The position numbers and the translations under genes were made by a program. The notes beneath the pieces are model-generated. The model did no database searches and was not told the DNA's origin. It saw only the letters and a list, made by a program, of their open reading frames with translations. This document shows positions 48,313-60,283 of a DNA stretch of 64,000 bases, piece by piece (position 1 is the first letter of the stretch; the number at the start of each line of letters is the position of its first letter). The stretch comes from Proteromonas lacertae (taxonomy: Eukaryota), in the NCBI GenBank assembly GCA_002245135.1, contig NGBS01000880.1:1-64000 (forward strand), read 5' to 3'.

Positions 48313-50035
48313 TTATTTTAGCCTCCGTACATCGTCAAAAATTTTTGTGTTTAAACAATTTATAACATAATCTGTCAATGTATCAGAAAAAGATAAGGTA
48401 AGATGATTACTATCTTTATATACTATAATTCCATTTAATACAAATTGTATTCTTTTGTTAATACAAATGTATTTATTCATGTTGCAATATTTTACTTTTT
48501 TGTTGTTAATAAAGGGTAATGATGTAACTGATGAATTAATTCCAAGTAATGCATAACATTTATTTTTATCTGATGATGAGTATATACAGTTTAATGGATT
48601 CATATATAGAAAAGGAATATCATCAATAATATATATATGGGATGTAAAATTTGATATCAAAGAAATAAATTTACGAAATGGACATTTAAAATAGTAATAT
48701 TTACAATCCATGAATTAGACATAAAAAAGGATGATATAATAATTGTATAATAACTTTTGGCTATTTGAGCAAATACTTCTACTCTTTTAAATAGATTTAT
48801 ATTCTCTATATAATTTGCATGAAAATATTTCTTATAATTCCATATTTTTTTGTTTTTGCAATACGAATAATTGAAGGAAACCATTGTTCTAAATGTGAAT
48901 CACCTAATAACAATAAGCATTTAATTGTTTTACTCTTAATAGGATAATATTTTTTAATTAACTCATATACAATTAAGTATTCTCTCATTGGATCAATTTT
49001 TGGTGCAATAATTACATTTTTATATTTCAGATAATAGTATTTTTCTTTCTTTATTATGTACAATATTACAATCAAAGGTGAAATAATTGAATAAAAGAAC
49101 AGAAATTTCTTATTTAACTTCTTCATCTTTGAAAGGAGATATGATAAAATGAATAAGTATATTAAGAAGTTGACATAATTAAGATTGTATCGTAATTGAA
49201 AGAAAGGATAATGAATAAGATATATTTCATATGATAGATTTCCAAGTATATATAAAATATGATTGTTAAGAATGAAATATTTGTCAAGAAGATTCATATG
49301 AATAACTCTAAGTAAATACCATGCTGCTACATTTATTATTACAAACTTGAATATTTTTTGAATATGAATATTCACAGACTGAATTATGATTATTAAATAT
49401 ATATTACATAATTGAATAATATTAGGATAATAGATAGATATAAAATCTGCATTAGAAACAATCCCCAGAATATACTCATATATTCTACATATAATTATAT
49501 AGTATGAAAAAGCAGAGTTCTTTGATATATTAAAAGAAAATACAAATATACTTATCACACCTATAATATATAGTATTCTTTTGTAATACAAAAAACATAA
49601 AAAAAGGATGGGATAGAAAATATATATTTGTTGTTGTAATGAAATATACCACAAATGTAATACATATGATGGATTATCATACTGACTAAAGTAATCAATT
49701 TCTTTTCTGTAAAAATAGATATTACCACTAATTTTTATTACTGCAATAATTTCTGTATATAAACTTTTAACTCTATTATAACTTTCGTTTATAGTAAATA
49801 ATAATATCAAAATGACTGTAGAAAATAATTGAGGGCAGATACTTATAATTCTTTTATAGTAAAAATTAAATGTGATGAATTTTCTATTAACAGATATAAG
49901 TGTGTTAATATATCCAGAAATTTGTAAAAAAATACTTACACTTAAATATCCATTCTGAAGTTTTGAACAATGAAATAGAAAAATGAATAATATAGAAATA
50001 CCACGAAGATGTTGCAGATATATATTATGAATCAT
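48313..50035 (-). pseudogene. Acyltransferase-3 plus SGNH domain O-acyltransferase (OafA/YrhL-like), frameshifted in the C-terminal part
   Basis: LRGISI...FH, GYLSVSIFLQISGY, HLWYISLQQQ.Y, LLGDSH, YKDSNHLT. Confidence 0.85.
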
Positions 50036-50350
50036 TTCTGTACAAATAGTATGAAAAAAGCGCCACTATGGTCTAAATAAGAAAGCGCCACTATCGATTT
50101 CTTCTCCTTTTTGTAACTTTCGGATTATCTTTCTAAGTCTCTCTGGCTTTATACCAGTTATGTCTAAATATTTCAGTAACGAGTAATTCAGCAGCTGAAA
50201 AGGAGTTGGCGCGAAAATCAATAATGATTAAGGCTTGAAGCTCGGCATTATTGAATGACAAAGAAAACTTCTTATGTGAAAATATTCGTTACAAAACTTT
50301 GGTTTGGAAAAGTTGAGTGAGAAGGATTTAATTGTTATTGAAAAATACTG

Positions 50351-51614
50351 TACATCAAAATAATATAAATAAAGTACTTGTAATATAGAACTTATGATAC
50401 AACACTTGGTTTTTATATACTTTTATCATTATTATCAGGGTTGTATAAATAGGTAACCTATAGGTTATAGGTAAAACCTTTAATCTAGCTTTGACCGTTG
50501 GTCTGTCAAACCTCAAGCATTATTTTGTTAAAATCTATTTTAATTACATACTGAGTAACATTAATACAAACTATCATACTATATAAAATATTATTTCTGC
50601 TTCTTGTTTTACTTTAATTACCATAGTTATGACTAAGATTGGTTGAAATTGTATAAAAATCTATTCTGATATATTATAATTCATCTACAAACTACTCAAT
50701 AGTGATATTTAACATATTTATAAACAACTTGTTATTTTGATGATTAATTTATATTGATTACTATCTCTAAAAAACAAATATAAATGTAATTATAATAATA
50801 AATCTCTATTTCTGGATATTAATGATTAGTCTTCAATAAGTCTCTTACTTTCTCAGTTTCTGAAAATAAATAAGCATTATAAAACTCTCTTAGAGGTATA
50901 CTATATCCTAGCTTGAAGCAAAACCTTCTAAAATCTGGTGAGTCTAATATTGTGGTACTGACTGACTGCCTTGAAGGTTATTAATTTACATAGATCTTTG
51001 TTGACAGAATCTGAATTGACTATGGCTTTTACCATATGCAATAATCTGAATATTTTATTTTAATCACGTTTTCCAATACATTTTGAAGTAGTTAAAATGT
51101 TACTTCTCTAACATACAGCAATTGAATAAATACACAACTCTTTTGATGCGATAGGGGGTAATGTTATACATACTTATCACGCAAAAACTGATAATATTCT
51201 GATATAAAAATGGATTTAGTATGATATAAAATCAACTCTTTGATTGCTTGAATAAAGTAAATTATTACTAATATTACTACTATAAAATAGAGAAATACAA
51301 GTAGCATAATTCCTGTTATTTACGTTATACACTTTTATTAAATATTTAATCAATACAGTTTATATATTATATTATTAATTAATATTATTATACATTACAT
51401 AATAAATATATATAAAAGTAATAATGTAAGAAATAACGTAGTTCATTGGGAAAATATCAATTTTGTTTACATATATAATTTTTCTTTAAACCCTACAAAT
51501 TTTTCATATCATAGAATATATGATGATGTTTATCCAAATATTCCACTTATAATGTTTTATATAAATGTATACATAAACAAATTAAAAATTTCAGGGTATT
51601 ACTATCCAAAGATG
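50351..51614. repeat. Patchwork duplication: 50351-51163 matches 14776-16232 without the MITE; 51165-51517 matches 44667-45017; 51518-51614 matches 45286-45381
   Basis: Direct near-identity of sequence. Confidence 0.92.
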
Positions 51615-51692
51615 ATCTTTTTCCCTACGGGGTCTACTTCCTGTTGGATGATCTTCAAGGGAAGTACTTGATAAATTCCTTAAGTAAAAGCC

Positions 51693-52471
51693 ATGGTCAA
51701 GAAAGTAAGAGCGTTCTCAAGAGCAACTAAAACCAATATTCTGGCAAGGAGATCAACTAAGACTCCCAGGTCAACATCTTCACGTCCAGACAAAGCAATC
51801 ATCGATCTGGCTAATAAGTATAAGGAGGTGATGAGCTTACCAAAGGAAGCTTACGAGGATACCAGAAGTATTCTACGTCAACTATCACGGGATGTTGCTA
51901 ACATCGCTGAGAAGGACAACCCATTCTTTCAATTGATCCGGGAGCATGCTGCTAAAGCCAATGTTGAGATTCTTAACTTCAAAAGGAGTTCTGAATCTGA
52001 TGGTAAGTCAACTACATCAATTCTTCATAGGGCAGTGGATTATATAAAGGGAAAGCTTCCAGCTGGAGAGACTGTCAAGGATATAATGAGGAGTCCACAA
52101 GTATGGGCTCAGTAGTTAACTATCTTGGACGAGGTAAAGGTGATTCAAAAGAGGAGGAAGAGGATGATGTTGGTTACTATGCTAGACTATATAATCAATA
52201 CCGTAAGGTGACTTCCAAGAGTCGTGAACGCGAGTCCTCCACCGATGATGATGATGAGATTCCAATCCTTGAGGTTGATCCAGACTATGTGTCGGAGGAA
52301 CTGCTCCAAGAGAATCCACCGTCAGTGCAAGTAATCGACATCCACGAGTTTGATGAACTGATGAAACGATCCTCCTATGATGACTTAACCTGCTTGCTCC
52401 AGGATCAACTAATAAGGAGTAAAGGAAGCTATAAAGAGTATGCTCCGTGGCCGTATGATAGAACTCCTTGA
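51693..52471 (+). pseudogene. Frameshifted hypothetical ORF in a more GC-rich island
   Basis: Overlapping ORFs 51693-52115 and 52103-52471; composition similar to the pPolB fragment. Confidence 0.5.
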
Positions 52472-52580
52472 ATTGTCTAAAGGGAGTTGCCAAGGTAAGA
52501 GACTTATGAAGTAATTGAAGGTTGCTGCATGATATGTTTTTGAAGGCTAAGCAATAGTCCAGCTTCATCGATTGCATCGA
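52415..52580 (-). pseudogene. C-terminal fragment of a third packaging ATPase
   Basis: LDYCLAFKNISCSNLQLLHKSL...FKEFYHTATEHTLYSFLY aligns with LDYCLVFKNLSMANLRNLYASL...FKSYYDYATKQSNHSFLY. Confidence 0.85.
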
Positions 52581-53539
52581 TGAAGGCCCAGTAAAGGTAA
52601 ACTCTGAATCTAGAAGGGGACGGACTCCTAGAACACTCGTTAGAACTCTGACACTTATACCAGGATTCCTCCTACGGGTCTGCACAGGTACTCCTGGAAG
52701 CTATCTAGAAGTGTTGGTTACCTCGAGGTGATGATTCTAATCACGCTCTTGACTCTCCTTACTACGCTGGTGACCTTGTAAGGGCTTTTAATTGAATCAC
52801 GGAAACCAGCTGGGGAACCAGGACTTTACAATTGTTAACTTGTTAACAATTGTTAACAAGTAACCAATTGGTAAATCCAGGAGGCTTTGACTAATTCCTA
52901 ATTTCCTCACAATCTAAATACCTCATGTTTATTTGTTGTCAATGCCGTGAAGAACGCAATAAGTATCAACAACTATACAAGATGAGACGTGTGAATCTAT
53001 ATAAGAATAAGTTACCTTTGAATGGAGTCTTATGATATAGGTGCTTCAAGATCCACCCAAGGAAGGAGTATCTGAAACGGGATGGAGGATATTACAAGAG
53101 CTGTGAAGAGTGCCGTAGGTATCGTCAAAGGAAGAATCATCAACACCATAAGAAACTTACCTTCTCTGATTAGCTTATCGTCAACAACCCAGTTGATATT
53201 CCAATACCTGAGTACTCACCAGAAGTCACGTTGTAGATGGAAGTGGGAGTATCAAGGCCAATTGTAGTATTCAAGGACTGTGGAGTTCAATGTAACTTGC
53301 TTAACATCAACACTACGGAGATGCTCTAGGATGAACTTCAAAGGAGCTTATAACCAAAGTGATTTGAAGATGATGTCTAGTGAAGTCGTAAGCTGGAGCA
53401 GTCAATAGAAAGCACCTCACAGCTGGGTAAGTATTAATGAGAGCTCTTTAGGTTGGATTATACTGAAGCTAATATTACATTATTTTGCTATTTTCTTGCT
53501 ATTTTTATCTATTATTAAAAATATAACTTCTAAAAAATC

Positions 53540-54463
53540 ATGAGTTCTAGTAAAAACTACTTTACTTCTAAAAAGTATGTAGAAGAGGAGGCTGAGGAGG
53601 ATAACTCTACTATAACTAGTGATGAAGATGATTTAGAAAATTGTGAAACTGAACCAGTACCACAAAGTGAATATGAAAAGCCTTATATTAAGGATTATGA
53701 GAAATGGTGTAAGGAAAACAATGTTGATGAAATGGAAAGTAATCCTGAACCAAAGTATGAAGCTGAATTAGTGAGGAAAATCACGGGTGATAAACAAATG
53801 TTAGAAATGGTAAATATTCCTAAGTTAGAATCTGCAAGAGGATTAGTGAGTGATTACCTTCCTCCTCATTTAAATAGATGGTTAACTTTCATTGGGCATG
53901 TATCTGAGATGATATTAGAAAAACCAAAAGAGGATCAGGAAGGATATTATTCTGTGAAGTTTACTAATGTTCAAGTAGCTAGGTTTGCAGGAAAGGATTG
54001 TGATGCTAGTGAATGGATAAAGTTAAAATCCTCTTGGTTATATGATATAGCTGATTATTTGAAAACCTCTAAACATTTGGAGCATAGTATTGAAGTTGTC
54101 CTCAATTTATACAGGATCTTCATTTGGAAGAATGATGATAGACATAATCTTGTAGGAAATGATAAAACAGTATATGAGGATTGGACTGTTATGGAGGATA
54201 AGGATGTTGTTGTTCCTGTAGTAGCTTTAAAATATACCATCAAGAATAATACATGCTTTGTTAATTTATTCATTGATGGAGATATTATGATTGTAAGTGA
54301 GGATTATGTTAAAGAAAAAGTTAAGGATAAGGTTGAGGAAAAAGAGGAAAAGAAGTTTAGTACTCCTAAAAGAAAAAGAGAAAGGTCCTTAAGTCCTCCA
54401 GTAGTGAAGAGAAGTAACATAGGAGGATTAACCATAAAGAAGGATCATAAGCATAAAAAGTAA
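53540..54463 (+). CDS. Conserved hypothetical protein, likely homologue of 26827-27561
   Basis: 307-aa ORF; acidic N-terminus, beta-rich core, basic NLS-like tail. Confidence 0.7.
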   Translation: MSSSKNYFTSKKYVEEEAEEDNSTITSDEDDLENCETEPVPQSEYEKPYIKDYEKWCKENNVDEMESNPEPKYEAELVRKITGDKQMLEMVNIPKLESARGLVSDYLPPHLNRWLTFIGHVSEMILEKPKEDQEGYYSVKFTNVQVARFAGKDCDASEWIKLKSSWLYDIADYLKTSKHLEHSIEVVLNLYRIFIWKNDDRHNLVGNDKTVYEDWTVMEDKDVVVPVVALKYTIKNNTCFVNLFIDGDIMIVSEDYVKEKVKDKVEEKEEKKFSTPKRKRERSLSPPVVKRSNIGGLTIKKDHKHKK

Positions 54464-54516
54464 TTAAAAAGATAATTATCATTAATTCCTTACTATATTC
54501 TTATTTTTGTTTTTCT

Positions 54517-55797
54517 ATGGATATTCCAAAAAAGACTTTACCAGAACTATATTTACAATACAACTATTTATCTGCTAAAGATTTCATCAATATTTGCACT
54601 CACTATGGTTATAGCGAAGATGAAGCTAAGACTTTTGTATATTCTTCTCCAAGATATCAGTTAGCATCAAAAAGAGTTCGTCCTAAAAAATTAAGGTATA
54701 CTACTATTAAAGTGCCAGGTACTTTTATGATTGATTTTGCATTCTTTCAAGGAAATGATGGTCCTCCATCCTTATTTATTATTAATGTAGTATCGAGAAA
54801 AGTATGGGTTTATACTTTAGCAAGTAGAAGTGGTTTAGCTTTTGCAGAAGCTTTTACAAAGTTTGTATTTCAGAATAGGGTAAAAGGAATTTTAGTGGGA
54901 GAGGAGGAATATATGATTTTCATTGCTTCTATCATTTGTGATAGAGAAGGAGTATTTATAAGTAATGAATTTCAAAATTTCTGTAAAAAGTATAAAATAA
55001 AGATACATTATAAAGATACAGATGAGCATAATATCATGGGTATTTTAGATAGAGCAGTTAGAACAATAAAGGATCTTATTTATTATAGAGGAAGCACATA
55101 TGATCAAAAGAAATTAATAAAAACACAAGCTGATTTAAATAATTTTATCTAAATGATTGTAAAGGATTACAACAATACTCCTCATTCAGGAATTAAAGGA
55201 TATACACCAAATGAAGTATATGATGATATGAGTCTACAATTGAAATTCCTCCATGAATCGAGGAATTATAATAGAAATCTTAAAGCCAAAAAAGGATCTC
55301 CGTTTAATGTTGGAGATAAAGTAAGAGTTAAAGAAAGAGCAAAATCAAAATTAGATAAATCTCATAGGTATAGTGATCAAGTATATACGATAAAGAGGAA
55401 AAATCCTTTTTCATATGATATTGATGTATATGATGATGAAGGAAGAATAACTACCAAAAGATCTAAGGAGTTTGAATTACTAAATGTATCAGATACACAT
55501 CCATCCTTTGCTAAACAGAATGAACAGTATTACAGAACAATAGGAAAGGAAATGCAACAGTATACAAGAGATCTTGATTATGTTCCTCCTGGTGTAGTTG
55601 TTAATAATGAACCTCAACTACAACCTGTTGCTGAAACAGTTCCTGTTAATCCTGCAGAACAAGCAGTGCAAGATTATAAGGATAATAATGCTGCACTTGA
55701 TTTTGTTAATAAAGTTAGAAGGACAAGATCAGGAAGGATAAGTAGACCTAATCCTCTATACTCACGAAGTATATATGGAGCAGGACATATATGGTAA
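54517..55797 (+). pseudogene. Polinton-type rve integrase with one in-frame TAA (55150-55152)
   Basis: FMIDFAF, ICDREGVF, ILDRAVRTIK, YNNTPHSGIKGYTPNEV, FNVGDKVRV; both ORFs share a frame. Confidence 0.92.
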
Positions 55798-55860
55798 ATA
55801 TTTATATTTTTATGCTTTTTGTTTTCCCCTATAAATAAAACTCATAATAAGAAATGTTAC

Positions 55861-56517
55861 TTAAAAATTATCACCCATATAAATGTTTCCTATTCTTAAA
55901 ATTTGAGATTGTCTTGGGATATAAAAAGGTTTACAATATGGCATACCTGAAAAACTAAAATCTTTATGATTTACAACGCCGTTATATTGAGGTTTTTCAG
56001 AGAAGTAAATACCAGTAACATTTTTAGTATCGTTTTCTACAACTGATAATGTTAATACTAAATTTTGTTTAATATACTGAAAATACGAATCAAATTTACT
56101 TTTATATAAATCATTAGGTATTTGCCATGACATTTGTGGAGCGTTATACATGTAAAAATCAATACTATCATAATCTGTAGATTGAAATGATACAGATTGA
56201 TCTGCTAATATTGTCATCATAATAAAATTATTATAAAAATCTAATTGTATAGGAAACATTTTTTCTCCTACCATATTATTACCTTTAATAATTACCATAT
56301 CTATAGTAATAAATTGAGTACCAAGTTTCCTAGTATCCTTTAATCTTTGTTCCATATCAGAAAGATCTGTTCTTTTAGCAACATTTTTAATGTCCTCCTT
56401 GCTAGCCAATGTTTGAATATCAGGCATATTAATAAGGATATCTTCTGCAGCATCTTGCACTTCCTCTCTAATTGTTTCGATTATTTTTTGAGTGTTATTT
56501 ATGTTATTACCCAACAT
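55861..56517 (-). CDS. Hypothetical (fibre-like?) protein downstream of the ATPase
   Basis: Helical N-terminus (LASKEDIKNVAKRTDL), beta-rich C-terminus; same position as 25852-26826. Confidence 0.55.
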   Translation of the reverse strand: MLGNNINNTQKIIETIREEVQDAAEDILINMPDIQTLASKEDIKNVAKRTDLSDMEQRLKDTRKLGTQFITIDMVIIKGNNMVGEKMFPIQLDFYNNFIMMTILADQSVSFQSTDYDSIDFYMYNAPQMSWQIPNDLYKSKFDSYFQYIKQNLVLTLSVVENDTKNVTGIYFSEKPQYNGVVNHKDFSFSGMPYCKPFYIPRQSQILRIGNIYMGDNF

Positions 56518-56546
56518 TACAAAGAAAAATGTAAATGAATTAAAAG

Positions 56547-57296
56547 TTATTTTTCTTCCAATACTTTATCAAAATTTATCCTAAATTCGGATTTAGCTCT
56601 ATCTATATAGAGGAAAGCATAAGAAGAGGAATTAACTACTGCATTATACACTTTCTTAAAATCCTCAAAAGAATCTAACCATAACTCCAAGGATTCTTAT
56701 AAACTCCTTAAATTATCTTCAGTTAAACCTTTAAAGACTAAACAATAATCAGTTTGCAATCCAGCTTGAGGAGATAAATCAGTTATATACTGAGAACTAA
56801 ATATTGTTTTGGACTTATAATGCCTATTGTGTTCAGTAATTGTATTAATAATAGGCATCTTTAATTCAGAGGAAATATCATCAAATATAAAAATATTTTC
56901 AGGATAGGTCATATTACTCTTATCCACAGGATCCAAATCCTTCATCACCTTTTGTAAATTGTTATATCCTTCTTCTTCATTTATTAAAGAATCATATTTT
57001 TCATAGTATATACCATTATACTTTAACAACTGAAATATCTTTTCATATATAATATCATTGTCCAATGTACTTACAAAAAAGAATACCTTTTGTTCTTCCT
57101 CAGAGGATAAGATGTTTTTCAAAATGTTATAGATTAAAGTTGTCTTACCTGATTTCTTTTTTGCTACAATAAATATATTGCTGAAAGGTTCCTCAAAGTA
57201 CTCATAACCTAAAACACTCTTCGATGGCTTCTTTCTTTTCTTTGGTTTTTCCAAAGGTTCTACAGATAAGTTATTTATTATTTTAATATGATACAT
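56547..57296 (-). pseudogene. Packaging ATPase with one in-frame TAA (56697-56699)
   Basis: AKKKSGKTT, IFIFDD, NRHY; homology continues after the stop (ESLELWLD...FLYIDRAKSEFRINFD). Confidence 0.92.
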
Positions 57297-57338
57297 ACAC
57301 AAAACAAAAGAAAAAGAAAATGAAATATTTTAATGAAA

Positions 57339-57827
57339 TTATCTTATGCGTCTAGTTCTTCTTCTCCTTGATCATCCTCTTCTTCTTCTTCTTCTTATAC
57401 CTAAACCTACTTTGCTTAAAGATTTAGATGCTATATTAGCAACTGTACTCCAAGGCTTTAAGACTGAATTAGCTATCTTAATTCCATTACTTAATACTTT
57501 ATGATCATGCATGTATTTTCCTATCTTTTTAATAGTATCACCTAAACCTTTTCCTTTTCTTGGATGACCATATGAAATAGGATCACTTCCTTTAAAAGAT
57601 CCTCCTCTTACTCTGCAACGTCTTCTCCTTCTTCTTCTACCATATCCTTGTTTCTCAATAACATGAGAAATAGCATTGCCAGCAAATGGTATTAACTTTG
57701 CTATTCCGCTTAAAATACCTTTTCCTTTTAACCAATTTCCTCCACTGTACCTTCTTCTTCGTCCTCTTCTTCTTTTTTTACTCGATGTGCCTCGAGAGCC
57801 TTTTAATTTAAATGAGTATAACCCCAT
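57339..57827 (-). CDS. Arg-rich core precursor with adenain-type sites and amphipathic helices (TGA at 57372 may be premature)
   Basis: LKGK|GILSGIAKLIPFAG, VRGG|SF, KGK|GLGDTIKKIGKYMHDHK; homologous to 29706 and 30304. Confidence 0.75.
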
Positions 57828-57874
57828 ATTGAAAAACAGTAAGAAATATAAGAATGACTAAAATTTTATAATTT

Positions 57875-59229
57875 TTATATTACTCTTTGAATTCTTCTCA
57901 TTCCAACTTCTAAAATTCTTCCTGTGATGATGTAGAATCGGTGAGTTACTGATGTTATATCATGTTGTAAATCATTTTTTTGTTTTGGTCCAAATTTTAC
58001 ATTATAACAATCAAAAGTTATCTTAAGTTGTTGGTCTAATGGTCTTCCTCCTCTGGACTTAATATTAGTCAAATTATTATCAGCAGTAAACTTCAAAATT
58101 TCAATAAACTTTTTGGGGAATGGTTTAGTATTATATTGGTCAAAATAGGTTGTTGTAAGCATTTTCTGTATTGGCAATATGGATCCTGATTGTTTACGTA
58201 TAAGAAATCAGGAGTATAAACAAAATCATTTAATAACCATCTAAATCTAGTATCAGGATGATCAAAAGATACTGTTTGTGCATCATTATCTACTGCAGTA
58301 TACAATATATACTTAACATAAGGACCAATACTTGAATCAATTGTAAAATTGTACTGGAAATGATTAGTAGCTGTTGAATTAGTAACTGTTGTTTGGACAA
58401 TATTAAAATAATTAAAATCAATAGGATGACGATATACCCAATTTAAAGTATTGGCATTACAATCAGGATCACTATTGTAACAAGCATATAATTCCAAATT
58501 AAATAAATCTGCTTTTGGTTGTATCATATCATGATCACCTGGACTTTTTTCTGCCATGCATGTTTTAGATCTAGGTCCAAAAGTAAATTGAATGAAAATC
58601 TTCTCTCCAAAGAACATATCATTGGATAAACTCAATATGGTATTATATAATTCTCCTAATACCATTCTAACTTTGCATATATTTGCATTATCTTCCAAAG
58701 GAATATCTTTAGTAGAACAATTTGAACTACTAAATCCAGTTACTGTTCTGTTCTTTATTTCCCATCTTCCTGCTTGGTTATTCCATTCTTTATGTATACC
58801 AGTAAATAATTTACTATTTTGATCAAAATAGTTATCATCAATAATTACTTTCTTGGCTAATTGTGCTGCAATATCTCTATAATCATTATACTGAAAATCC
58901 AAATCACATATCAAGGAACCAGTAATATTATACACTCTAATTGTGGATAAATTGAAAGTATTAAAGAGGATTACTGTAGGATTTTCAACACCTTGAATAT
59001 CCTCTGCTTTATCCCAATAGAATTTTTGTTCCCATTCCATATAGGATTGGGATAAATTGATACAATTATCAGGAGATAACTCGAATGTAACAGTATTTGA
59101 GGAATTACTTTCCTGCAAAGTAATAACATCTCTTGTTTGATTAGGAGTAATACGTATCCAATGCTGTTCTGGTTTAAAAACTTGGATATCACTTGAATAT
59201 TTTTGAGATGTAGGAATTGATAATGACAT
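57875..59229 (-). pseudogene. Major capsid protein with one frameshift near 58150
   Basis: MSLSIP, INLSQSY, FFGEKIFI, GPYVKYILY, FRWLLNDFV, GRPL...LKITF, THRFYIITG all align with 23411-24877. Confidence 0.85.
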
Positions 59230-59272
59230 TATGTTATTTAAAACAACAAGAATTTTTAGAATAATTTAAGAA

Positions 59273-60226
59273 TTAAAAAATAAGAATTTCTAAGCATAAA
59301 GTTACTTCATCCAAACTAATTCCATATCCATCCTCCTGAGAAAGGGATATTGTTATTAAATCATTTTGATGATAACCTATTCTTCTAGCAGTTAATTTAG
59401 GATTAGGATTGTTATATACTATATAAGATTCTTCAAATCTTTCAATAGGTATATTTGCCAAAACATTAGAATCCTCATCCTGATTGACAGTATCGAATCT
59501 TATCTGCAATTGACTTACTGATATTAAGGTTGGTCTGCAAGGAAATTCATATTTTTGAGGATTTGAAATGATTCCATTAATCACTTTTGTATATGTTATT
59601 TCACCTTCATCATATTTCTTTTTCCATAAAACTATCTTTATATCTCTATGATCTTCACCAAATAATTTGAATATATTATTCGGAAGTTCCATCCAAATAT
59701 CCTCTACCCATATAAACTTTTGAGGAATTGGTGCTTCATGCGATTTGAATACATACTTTATCTTATAGTCTAAATCTAACTTATTCTTTCTATTAATACT
59801 TATAACATGTGCAGGATCAATTAGTTCATTTGGTAGTATTATATCATCTTTAATATAAGGAAATCTTCTCAAAAATCCTTCATTTATAACATTGAGGATT
59901 TCATCCTCTGAATAGTATCCTAAAGGAATACGAATATTATTATCATATGATATAGTTTGTAAAGGATCTATTTTTCCTGAATCTGGATATATTTGTAATT
60001 CTTCTCCGTGTATATGGATTTTAAAGTAGTTATTAATGTCGAATTGGATTGTTGGAAATGTGTTACTAATCGATGCAGACAATAATGTAATATTACAGTA
60101 TCGTTCATCAACGCTGGGAACACTTATGGTTCTATGGTATTCATCATGAGGAAGTTTGGGATCATAATCTTTTGTATTTACTATAAGGTTACGTTCAATA
60201 TTATTAAAATCTTTCTTCTTTTGCAT
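59273..60226 (-). CDS. Minor capsid (penton-like) protein
   Basis: TLLSASISNTFPTIQ, IPLGYY, RPTLISV, DSNVLANIPI; homologous to 22420-23379. Confidence 0.78.
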   Translation of the reverse strand: MQKKKDFNNIERNLIVNTKDYDPKLPHDEYHRTISVPSVDERYCNITLLSASISNTFPTIQFDINNYFKIHIHGEELQIYPDSGKIDPLQTISYDNNIRIPLGYYSEDEILNVINEGFLRRFPYIKDDIILPNELIDPAHVISINRKNKLDLDYKIKYVFKSHEAPIPQKFIWVEDIWMELPNNIFKLFGEDHRDIKIVLWKKKYDEGEITYTKVINGIISNPQKYEFPCRPTLISVSQLQIRFDTVNQDEDSNVLANIPIERFEESYIVYNNPNPKLTARRIGYHQNDLITISLSQEDGYGISLDEVTLCLEILIF

Positions 60227-60283
60227 AATTTTAAAGAAATCTTAAAATAAATTCATTTAACAAATTTTTACTATTTTTGAAAC

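Noticed and set aside
11014..50035. Glycosyltransferase clusters as cargo of the viruses or of a giant virus
   Set aside because: Different composition, a spliceosomal intron, secretory TM anchors and no giant-virus core genes; host origin is more parsimonious
50057..50095. Direct repeat AAAGCGCCACTAT x2 upstream of the acyltransferase as a regulatory site
   Set aside because: Only two copies with no other support
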